Shown here piece by piece: positions 1 to 7,835 of a stretch of 64,000 nt of DNA. Position 1 is the stretch's first letter. Each line of letters opens with the position of its first letter. The stretch comes from Elainellaceae cyanobacterium (GTDB lineage: Bacteria > Cyanobacteriota > Cyanobacteriia > CAZCXK01), in the NCBI GenBank assembly GCA_051117335.1, contig JBNPEB010000035.1:67-64066 (forward strand), given 5' to 3'. Both the position numbers and the translations under genes were made by a program. Under the pieces are notes generated by a model. That model ran no database searches. It was not told the origin of the DNA and was given only the letters and a program-made list of their open reading frames with translations.

Positions 1-104
1 CCGATCGCCCTGTCGCTCATGCTTAATGGCCAGAAAATACTTTTTCAGCAAGCCCTAATTAGATAGTTAGAGAGCCTCTTCCATTCCCCTTTATCTGTCG
101 GGCT

Positions 105-596
105 TTACCACCAGCGCAGCTCAAGATAGCTGTGCTTTTGAAGCTTTAACTCGTCGTCTGTGATCCACTCCACAGGCTTGTAGGTGCCGAAGACGTGATC
201 CCACCAATCAACCGCAAGCCCAAAATTGTGATACCACATGTTGTATTTGTGGTGGACATAGTGGACAGGCATCTTCATCCAAAAGCACTTGGTTGGGTTT
301 TCGTGCTGAAGCTGATGGGCATAGGCTGAAAACGCAGCAAATGCTGTCGCGCCCAGAAACCAACCAATTCCAGCTTCCCACGAAATGAAAAACGGAATCA
401 CCATGGCAACGAGTCCGCCTTTGATGTAATCAAAAAATTCCCAGATGACACCTTGCCCCTCGTTGCGCTTGTGGTGATCACGATGCCGTTGTCCTACGCG
501 GGCATTAGCGTGCATGAGGCGATGCATCCAATACTCCACCAAACTGGCAAAAACGAAGGCACCGATAAAACAAATGGCTCCAACAATCATGGACAA
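105..596 (-). CDS. sterol desaturase / fatty acid hydroxylase family membrane protein
   Basis: Four His boxes (HRLMH, HRDHH, HQLQH, HYVHH) with hydrophobic segments. Confidence 0.85.
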   Translation of the reverse strand: MSMIVGAICFIGAFVFASLVEYWMHRLMHANARVGQRHRDHHKRNEGQGVIWEFFDYIKGGLVAMVIPFFISWEAGIGWFLGATAFAAFSAYAHQLQHENPTKCFWMKMPVHYVHHKYNMWYHNFGLAVDWWDHVFGTYKPVEWITDDELKLQKHSYLELRWW

Positions 597-698
597 ATTC
601 TCCTAATCATCGACTCACACCAACACACGTCCTTATATTCTGCCATTTGTGTTCAAATTCGGAGCAGTTTCAGAAAAGATTCTGATTCGCTGAGTCAT

Positions 699-2039
699 TC
701 AGAGAGGAGACGTAACCGATTGACCGGAAACGGATGAGGGCACCAGCGAATATCCAAATGCTTCTGCATATTGATGAGCAATAATTTCAGGGGTAAAGTG
801 GGATTTTAAATAGTGACGTCCCGCTTGTCCTAGACGATGGGTTTGTTGGGGATGATGGCTTAGAAAGCGAATAAAGCTGGCTAGCCCTTGAGCGTCGCCA
901 TTTTGGAACGCTGCGCCACACTCGGCACTAGCAATCAGTTCTATCAGGTAAGAGTGAGATTCGCAAATTGCAGCAACTGGACGACCCGACGCCAAAGCCG
1001 CATAAAGTTTGCTAGGCGCAACTAAGCCTTCCATCCCCGGACTGACACTCACTAGGGCGAGGTCGCACGCGGTAAGAGAGTAGGGCAAGTCGTATTTTTC
1101 TTGGTAGGGTAAAAATCGAAAATTGTGTAGGCCCTGCTCCGCAACGGTTTCTTTCAAAATTTTATAGCGCGCTCCGCTGCCGATAATCACAAATTTAATG
1201 GGGTCATGTTTGAGTAGTTGAGCCGCTTGTAATAAGGTTTCAATATCGTGGCATCGCCCCATATTGCCTGAATAGAGAACCGTAAAGCTTTCAACTAGAT
1301 GATGTTTCCAGGCAAACCAGTTGCGATGTTTCTCAATCGGGATAATCCAATTGGGGTCAGCCCAGCTATGAATCACAGAGATTTTAGGTGCGAGGGTTGG
1401 GTGCTTTTCTAAAATGCGATCGCGCATGGTAGAACTCAAGACAATAATGCGCTCGGCATCCTTCCAAATATGATAGTTGACTGTGCTCCAGAGTCTTGCA
1501 ATCCAGTGATCCGGGTGAATGACTCCTAGATTAATTGCGATATCAGGATATAAGTCGTAGAGCAAACAGATATAAGGTTTTTTGAAAATGCGATAGATAA
1601 GATACCCCAACATTGGCAAGAATGGAGGAGCCGTTGTCACGAGAATCGTGTCGCTGCGTTTTGCCAGTTTGATCAGATGCAGCCCTGCTCGTAAGCAAAA
1701 CAGTATGCCGTTGATAGCCTTGCCTCGAATCCGTTGGGGCCAAATGCTCGCCGTGCGCGATCGCCGAATTGATCGGTGGTTGGTTTGCTCATGACGTGGA
1801 GCAGACTGATCTTGAAACGCATACCCCGGCTGACTCGTAAAAATCTCGATTTGAAAGCCTTGGGTTTCGAGTTGCTGAGAAAGTTCATCCAAAAGTTGCC
1901 CAGTGGGCGCGTAGTCGGGGGGAAAGAATTGAGTGATGATGCTTACTATAGGAGCCGCTATAGGTCGAACGCTAGCCTGTGGAGTTTGATGGGAATGGGT
2001 AGGTGTTGTTGAAAATCGAAACAGTTTGCTGACTTGCAC
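699..2039 (-). CDS. glycosyltransferase family 4 (WcaI-like)
   Basis: TQFFPPD..TG N-terminal motif, YSGNMGRCH and PSKLY..LASG motifs. The ORF track starts at 2159, inside a MITE; the in-frame GTG at 2039 is a more plausible start (uncertain). Confidence 0.85.
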   Translation of the reverse strand: MQVSKLFRFSTTPTHSHQTPQASVRPIAAPIVSIITQFFPPDYAPTGQLLDELSQQLETQGFQIEIFTSQPGYAFQDQSAPRHEQTNHRSIRRSRTASIWPQRIRGKAINGILFCLRAGLHLIKLAKRSDTILVTTAPPFLPMLGYLIYRIFKKPYICLLYDLYPDIAINLGVIHPDHWIARLWSTVNYHIWKDAERIIVLSSTMRDRILEKHPTLAPKISVIHSWADPNWIIPIEKHRNWFAWKHHLVESFTVLYSGNMGRCHDIETLLQAAQLLKHDPIKFVIIGSGARYKILKETVAEQGLHNFRFLPYQEKYDLPYSLTACDLALVSVSPGMEGLVAPSKLYAALASGRPVAAICESHSYLIELIASAECGAAFQNGDAQGLASFIRFLSHHPQQTHRLGQAGRHYLKSHFTPEIIAHQYAEAFGYSLVPSSVSGQSVTSPL

Positions 2040-2084
2040 AGGTATTTGCAACCTCCAGTGAATGATCTGCGATGAGGACGGCTT

Positions 2085-2187
2085 ATACCAATTCTCGATT
2101 TTAGATTTGCGATTTTGGATTGACGGCCACCAGTCTTGCAGGGGTTCTAGCCTGCTCATTTGTAGCCTTACTTCGAAGAATTGGTAT
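2085..2187. mobile_element. 103-bp MITE-like element, copy 1
   Basis: Perfect 11-bp terminal inverted repeats ATACCAATTCT/AGAATTGGTAT; related copies at 30840 and 34559. Confidence 0.75.
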
Positions 2188-2667
2188 TATTGATTGCCAC
2201 CGTCTGGAGATGCCCGTTGGTTAAGGTAGTGCGAGTGCTGATTTTTGAGAAGTAAACCCCGTATGACTGAGACGAGGCGATTTTTCGGCAGATGATGGTC
2301 TAGAGTAGGTCTAATGTGATAGGAACAAATCAAGGCACGAGACGGTCAAAAAGACTGACCTGAGATCGTGCAATACATTTGTTCACGATACATTTGCTCA
2401 CGGTTCTACTCCCTCCATTTACAGCGTTTAAATTAAGCAGTCCGGGAGAATAAAGGTGTTGGTTTGGAATTTAATGGGATATTGAGAAGTTTTTGAAGTG
2501 GTTAAAAACTTCTTCTCAAATACGTGTCGGTGAGTTAGCGAATTGGCCTTGTGGCAGTCAGTTGAAGTTATGTGACCGAGGAGACGATCCAAATCCTCGT
2601 TAAAATCGTATTAGGATTATCTCAACGTAATACTCTCTTTCCTGCCCCTTCGATGTGAATTAGTCTC

Positions 2668-3258
2668 ATGAGCCAAGCAATCTCACCGACGTCTAAATGG
2701 CTAACATTTGAGGACTATCTTGCCTATGATGATGGTACTGATACCCGGTATGAGTTGGTGGATGGAGAGTTAGTGGAAATGCCGCCGGAATCCGATGACA
2801 ACTCTGAACTGGCAAGATTCCTGTTTGTGCAACTCCTAAAGCATGTTCCCTTTCAACGGATTGCATATAAGGAGACGGAAATTGAAGTGAGCGGACGGCG
2901 AGCAACCTGTAGACTGCCGGATCTCATGGTTCATAGCGAAGAGTCAAAGGCTGCCTTAGTAGGAAAGCCCCGTGGCACCATCACACGAGATATGCCACCG
3001 CCTGCTCTGGTCATTGAGGTGGTGAGCCCTGGCGCTTATAATCGCGCCCGCGATTACCGGCATAAACATACCGAATATGCAGCACGATGCATCGGGGAGT
3101 ATTGGATTGTTGATCCTCAGGATCAGCATGTAACGCTATGCAAATGGGTTGATGGCGCTTACGAGGATACGGTGTTTAAGGGGGGCGATCGCCTCGATTC
3201 TGATGTACTTCCAAACTTTGATCTCACAGTCAAGCAACTATTTTCGCTCAAGCATTAG
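2668..3258 (+). CDS. Uma2 family (DUF820) PD-(D/E)XK endonuclease
   Basis: YELVDGELVEMPPES, PD, LVIEVVSPG, EYWIVDP motifs. Confidence 0.9.
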   Translation: MSQAISPTSKWLTFEDYLAYDDGTDTRYELVDGELVEMPPESDDNSELARFLFVQLLKHVPFQRIAYKETEIEVSGRRATCRLPDLMVHSEESKAALVGKPRGTITRDMPPPALVIEVVSPGAYNRARDYRHKHTEYAARCIGEYWIVDPQDQHVTLCKWVDGAYEDTVFKGGDRLDSDVLPNFDLTVKQLFSLKH

Positions 3259-3290
3259 CTGCTGATTTTATCTAGACGTGCGATCGCCCT

Positions 3291-3872
3291 TTATGACCTG
3301 AGATGCTCAGCCATGCTGCGTCCGGTGCGTCCAGTGACGATCCATAGAAGCGATCGCCCGATATCACGTGCGGTTTTAAGCCACGATTCATTGGGCTGGT
3401 CGGAAGGGACAGTTATAGACGTATAGGCGATGCCGTGACTGCCGAGCACAAAGAAGGCGATCGCCCGTGCTCTGGGCATGTGAAAGTCGGAGGTGATCAG
3501 ATAAAGATGCTGAATATTATGGTCTTGAAAGGTATGAACTAGGGTTGTGAAATTGGTCACGGTGTCGGTGGCGCGGCGATCGAGATAGAGGCAATCGAGA
3601 GGAATGCCTGCAGCTTGAAAGATAGTTTGAGCCTGGTAGTCATAGATGCCGCTGGAGATCCAGATGGGGAGAGTGGGATGATTTTTGGCAAACCGAGCGG
3701 TGAATTCTTCTCGACTCGCCCCTCCGCCAAGAGTGAAAATGGCTTGGGGTTGGGGAAATTGGGCATGAGCGATCGCCAGTCGGATGGAGATAAAGGGGAT
3801 GAGTAGAAGGGGAATGACGCTGATCAGCAGGAAGAGAATCCGACATTTATGCTTGCTTCGAGATCTCTTCAT
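3291..3872 (-). CDS. YdcF/DUF218 (ElyC/SanA-like) family protein, copy 1
   Basis: N-terminal TM helix, LGGG, DTVTNF, LITSDFHMPRA motifs. Confidence 0.85.
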   Translation of the reverse strand: MKRSRSKHKCRILFLLISVIPLLLIPFISIRLAIAHAQFPQPQAIFTLGGGASREEFTARFAKNHPTLPIWISSGIYDYQAQTIFQAAGIPLDCLYLDRRATDTVTNFTTLVHTFQDHNIQHLYLITSDFHMPRARAIAFFVLGSHGIAYTSITVPSDQPNESWLKTARDIGRSLLWIVTGRTGRSMAEHLRS

Positions 3873-4645
3873 ACGGTGGGACAGGTAGATGATTAGCCTC
3901 TACTAATCTAATCGAAAGTATGAGTTCTGCCAGCATACGTTGCAAGGCATAGTAGCTTCCATGCCAACCGTCGAGGATGCCGCCTTTGAGGATAAGGCAT
4001 TAGATAAGAATGATCAGAGGAGCGAGGGGCGTGTGTTTGCGGAGGCGATCGCTCCATCCCAATTCTGATGTGGGGGGTTTCCTGCAGCTTTTTGACTTCA
4101 AGGATGGCGTAGCGATCTTGTGCCCAGAGCCAGCGGGTCAGGGATTTGCGATCGTCGTGGTGGATGGGATGAGTCAACCGAGCTGATTGTCCTTTCACCG
4201 TTAGAAGCTGAGTATGTCCGTCGTCGATATAAATAGATTGATCTTTTCGGAATAAAGACTGACGGGGTGGCAGGATGGTGCCGCGCAGGGGTTTGCCAAA
4301 GACGCAATATTTGAAAGGTATGAAGTAGCCGTCGATTTCTGATGGTGGGAATAGTATTTTTAACTCGTGAATGAGTTCGTCGGTCAACACATAGTCTGTA
4401 TCGAGTGACAGTATCCATTCGGTTTGAATATGCTCAGTACCGTAGTTCCATTGATTGGCATGGGTATCAAAGGGACGTTGCAAGAGTTGAACCTGAGGAT
4501 AGCTCTTTAGAATATCGAGTGTTTCATCGGTACTGTCGCTATCGATGACGATGATTTGCGTTGCCCAGGTGAGTTTGTGCAGGGTGCGAGCAATGTTGGG
4601 GGCTTCATTGTAGGTGAGAATGAGCGGCGTGATGGCTTCCAGCAT
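3847..4645 (-). pseudogene. glycosyltransferase family 2 (WaaE/LgtF-like), frameshifted
   Basis: Paralog of 9541-10365. +1 shift at the G6 run 4072-4077; the shifted frame (SELGWSDRLRK..LAP..*CLILKGGILDGW) matches the paralog but has an in-frame TAA at 4000-4002. Confidence 0.8.
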
Positions 4646-4699
4646 GAGCTATGTTGAAGGTCTCCACTTGAGACGTTACTATCGAGTTGCATTGCCTTC

Positions 4700-4990
4700 T
4701 ATAGACGGTGATGAGCCATCTGTTCAACTTTCTGACCTTCGCGATCGCTCAGCAAAGTGTGTTGTGCTGAAGGATGTGAGCTAGCAGACCTATCAGGCGT
4801 TGCTGCGTGATTTAGGAAGTCATCGCTCGTCGCGGTTGACCTATGACCAAGGAGTTTTAGAGATCTTCATGCCGTCTGAACTGCATGAAATGATTAATCG
4901 GCTGTTGGCGTTGATGGCAACGGCATTGACCGATGAACTAGGCATGAAGATTAAGGGATATGGCTGTGGTTACGATATCGGTAGAATACC
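4700..4990 (+). pseudogene. truncated Uma2-family fragment
   Basis: VVLKDVS*QTYQALL..RLTYDQGVLEIFMPSELHE is a typical Uma2 N-terminus; in-frame TAG at 4782-4784 where W is expected; breaks off near 4968. Confidence 0.7.
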
Positions 4991-5049
4991 GTAGCAACCG
5001 TGCCATCTGTTGAGGATGTTATAGGTTCGAGTTTTGATTTGCTTGAGTA

Positions 5050-5292
5050 TTGATGGGGGGCACGATGACGGTTGAACAAACGATGATAGAGAAATTGAGG
5101 AGATTGCCGCCTGAACAACAACGGCAACTTCTGGACTTTGCTGAGTTTTTGTTGCAGAAGGTTGAACAAAAGGAGCTAAGCTCCAGAGTCGATTGGCGTA
5201 GTCCTTGCGTCGGTATGTGGCGCGATCGAGATGATCTAGAGGACAGTACTGCCTGGGTTCGACAATTACGACAGCAGGAGTGGAACAGGTAG
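5050..5292 (+). CDS. DUF2281-like putative antitoxin
   Basis: LRRLPPEQQRQLLDFAEFL helix plus GMWRDRDDL..WVRQLRQQEW tail typical of VapB-like partners; no intact toxin follows. Confidence 0.7.
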   Translation: MMGGTMTVEQTMIEKLRRLPPEQQRQLLDFAEFLLQKVEQKELSSRVDWRSPCVGMWRDRDDLEDSTAWVRQLRQQEWNR

Positions 5293-5394
5293 ATTGTCTC
5301 AATGCATTTTATCCCATTTGATAATTAACCTTGGTTGTAGATCAAATTCTAAGAAAAGCTTTTTTTATTGCAGCGGATGTCCTTTCAGTTCAAC

Positions 5395-5547
5395 CTACGC
5401 ATTAGAGCTTGACAGGGCTTGAAGCTTGCGATTCAAGATTGATTGGTAAACTTCGATCAGCTGAGATGCAATGTTGTCCCAGGTGTAGTTTTGCAGGATG
5501 AATTGACGGGCGTGTTCAGCACTGCTGTTCCGGCAGGAATCGCCCAT
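5395..5547 (-). pseudogene. 3' fragment of a GT4 glycosyltransferase (F1)
   Basis: MGD[SCRNSSAE]HARQFILQNYTWDNIASQLIEVYQSI aligns to the C-terminus of 11328-12518 (MGDRAHQFILEYYTWDKIASQLI). Confidence 0.75.
5515..5538. repeat. 24-nt HIP1-inserted element, family B, copy 1
   Basis: GTG[TTCAGCACTGCTGTTCCGGCAGGA]ATCGC; matching empty site GTGATCGC at 6412-6419. Confidence 0.85.
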
Positions 5548-5912
5548 TACCGATTCAGCCATGTTCCCAAAAATTCTACCTGGTTCATCATCTCTTCAGC
5601 GGACTTAATGGCTGCCAGTTTCAACACCCCTTTCATCTGATTGCCAACGGGTTCTGTTTGTTTGGCGAGTATGATTCCTGCATGAGTCTTTCCATTGGCT
5701 AACCAGGTGGAGTGTATTCGATAAAAATCTCGGACATTAAATGAGTAAATCACCCGTTGATTCTCCAGCGCCCACTCTAGTTGCTGTTCATCAGATCGTC
5801 CTTGCATATCCACTTCGAGCGTAGACGTAACATCAGCCCCCCGATTTCGCAAAGCTTGCAGGAGACGCTTACTAGTAGCATCCTCGTCTAAATAGAAGCG
5901 AATGACCGTCAT
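5547..5912 (-). CDS. DUF5615 family PIN-like toxin (VapC45-like)
   Basis: RFYLDED, SDEQQLEWA, RVIYSFNVRDF, HAGIIL motifs; ATGA overlap with the upstream DUF433 gene. Confidence 0.85.
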   Translation of the reverse strand: MTVIRFYLDEDATSKRLLQALRNRGADVTSTLEVDMQGRSDEQQLEWALENQRVIYSFNVRDFYRIHSTWLANGKTHAGIILAKQTEPVGNQMKGVLKLAAIKSAEEMMNQVEFLGTWLNR

Positions 5913-6202
5913 TGGACGGCAGAAGATGCTTGAGCTGAAAGCCTCTCATATTCTGCGGCTTCATTAGCCAAGTCCTGCTCAATGGCTTGCTGATTAGCGT
6001 AGTAATAGGCAAGAGCGGCATGAACTTGAGCCAGCGTTAAATGGCTTTTGTCTGACACAATATCGTCTGCGCTGTACCCCTGTTTATACAGAGCAACAAT
6101 TCGTCGTACAGATGTCCCAGTGCCTGCGACAATGGGTCGTCCATCTTGAATGTCGGAGGATGTTGTAATGAGACTGCCAATGTCAACAAAGGTTTGAGCC
6201 AT
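5909..6202 (-). CDS. DUF433 family antitoxin
   Basis: GRPIVAGTGTSV and LTLAQVHAALAYY motifs. Confidence 0.88.
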   Translation of the reverse strand: MAQTFVDIGSLITTSSDIQDGRPIVAGTGTSVRRIVALYKQGYSADDIVSDKSHLTLAQVHAALAYYYANQQAIEQDLANEAAEYERLSAQASSAVQ

Positions 6203-6294
6203 TGATTGATGCCGGAAAAACTCATCTCAAGTTTAGCGTTTGTTTGATGGCGCGATCGCCCTAAAAAGATCCCAGTCAATATCCCAGGTCAAAC

Positions 6295-6477
6295 TCAAGA
6301 TCCGACGGGTTTTGAAATAGTGGGCTGTTGCTTCAAGATGGATTGATAGACTTCGATGAGTTGGGCGGCGATTTTGTCCCAGGTGTAGTTTTCTAGGATG
6401 AATTGACGGGCGTGATCGCCCATTGCTTTTGCTTCTTCTGGATGTTTCTGGCAGTGGATTAATGCGTTGGCGATCGC
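6295..6477 (-). pseudogene. 3' fragment of a GT4 glycosyltransferase (F2)
   Basis: AIANALIHCQKHPEEAKAMGDHARQFILENYTWDKIAAQLIEVY aligns to the end of 11328-12518; homology starts at HIP1 6470-6477. Confidence 0.8.
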
Positions 6478-6496
6478 CCATGTGCTGATTAACTAA

Positions 6497-6922
6497 CTAT
6501 TTCGGAGGATGCCATCCCACTTCAGTCCAAAGTTTACGAGAGATCACCAACTCAGCACGATTCATCCGAAGTGTGATGATAGAGACTCGACCCACTGTTG
6601 TTTTTCCAAGCATAAGTGAACCGTCAGTACTCCATTCAAAATGGTCAACCCAGGCTTGCATCTGAGGATGAAACAGACGAACATCTTGCTGAGATTGGTC
6701 ATCAAATACAGAAATCCTAGCAGCCTTGTATAGGTTGCAATCCCAACAGGCCAAACACAGATTACGCTTCTCTGTTGTTCCTCCCAACAATTCCGGCACG
6801 ATATGGTCAACGGTCAGGCGAATACCTGAAATGTGTTGTTGAGTTTGGCAATACGCACAACGGGATCTAAACTGGGCGACAACTTCGGCACGAACTCCAT
6901 CTGGAATCCTGGATTTACTCAT
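6497..6922 (-). CDS. HNH endonuclease
   Basis: CAYC..DHIVP..GG..NLCLACWDCN motifs. Confidence 0.9.
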   Translation of the reverse strand: MSKSRIPDGVRAEVVAQFRSRCAYCQTQQHISGIRLTVDHIVPELLGGTTEKRNLCLACWDCNLYKAARISVFDDQSQQDVRLFHPQMQAWVDHFEWSTDGSLMLGKTTVGRVSIITLRMNRAELVISRKLWTEVGWHPPK

Positions 6923-7332
6923 GGAACATCAGCAAGTGAGGATATATCGTGACCTCGTTCAGCCAGAAAAGTCGCCGCCTTAGCCCGAACCATCATAATG
7001 TGGTTAAAATGCTTCGATAATATTTGCACTTGTTCAGATTCTTCTGGGGTCAACCCCTGGCGTTGCTGCTTTTCCAACAACTCCTGCATTAAATCATTTT
7101 CGTCTTCAGAAGCTTGGGATGTAGCCGCATTCCACAACTCTTCATCCGTGAGTAGTGTGAGTTGGTTTAAGCGATCGCCCATATCGGTAGCCAACTCTGC
7201 ATCCGTCATTAACGCAGTATTAATCAGACTAACCGTTTCTTCTTCCAACGGTCGATCCGATTTTTGGGCTAAATCAACCAGCCGTTGATAGATTGAATCA
7301 GGTAATCGTAACGTCAATGTTTGCCAAACCAT
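6919..7332 (-). CDS. RHH-like protein, putative partner/antitoxin of the HNH nuclease
   Basis: TLTLRLPDSIYQRL strand-helix N-terminus; ATGA overlap with the HNH gene. Confidence 0.6.
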   Translation of the reverse strand: MVWQTLTLRLPDSIYQRLVDLAQKSDRPLEEETVSLINTALMTDAELATDMGDRLNQLTLLTDEELWNAATSQASEDENDLMQELLEKQQRQGLTPEESEQVQILSKHFNHIMMVRAKAATFLAERGHDISSLADVP

Positions 7333-7399
7333 AGCCCTATATCTGCATCAATACTCAAATGAGTTTTATTATACCTTGACCCATTGCTGGGGTTTACGC

Positions 7400-7530
7400 C
7401 CTCGTTTTGCCTTCTAACGAACTCATCAAACATAGTAAAAAACTGAGTGGCGATCGCATCCCCAGGTGTAGTGTTCTAGAATGAACTGGCAGGCGCGTTC
7501 AGCACTGCTGTTCCGGTAGGAATCGCCCTC
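7400..7530 (-). pseudogene. 3' fragment of a GT4 glycosyltransferase (F3), frameshifted
   Basis: GD[SYRNSSAE]RACQFILEHYTW then +1 shift to DAIATQ; left boundary approximate. Confidence 0.7.
7498..7521. repeat. 24-nt HIP1-inserted element, family B, copy 2
   Basis: GCG[TTCAGCACTGCTGTTCCGGTAGGA]ATCGC; empty site GCGATCGC at 11439-11446 in the intact GT4. Confidence 0.85.
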
Positions 7531-7543
7531 TTCCCTCATCACT

Positions 7544-7830
7544 TCAGGTTCTAAACGATGCTCGCACCTGAGGATGAAGGCTCGCCCCGGTGCGCCCGGT
7601 CACGATCCACAACATCGATCGCCCGATGTCGCGGGAGACATGCCACAGGGTTTCGTTGGGTTGCTTGGAGGGAATGGGGACGGGGGTAGTGATGATGCCG
7701 CGACTGCCGAAGACAAAGGAAGCAATGGCCCCGTGCGCGACGCATATGAAAGTCGGAGGTGATGAGGTAGACGTGGTGGATGTGGCGATCGCCCAAGTCG
7801 CTGACGAGGGAGGTGAAGTTGGTGACGGTG
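7544..7830 (-). pseudogene. YdcF 3' half, copy 2, frameshifted
   Basis: TVTNFTSLVSDLGDRHIHHVYLITSDFHMRRAR, then an extra G and continuation FVFGSRGIITTPVPIPSKQPNETLW; closely similar to 8862-9488. Confidence 0.8.
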
Positions 7831-7835
7831 TTTTA

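Noticed and set aside
2040-2159. 40-aa N-terminal extension of the GT4 in the ORF track
   Set aside because: Its ATG and first 25 codons lie inside the MITE; not glycosyltransferase-like
4072-4077. Phase variation at the G6 run of the GT2 pseudogene
   Set aside because: The run is short and a downstream in-frame stop would still truncate the protein
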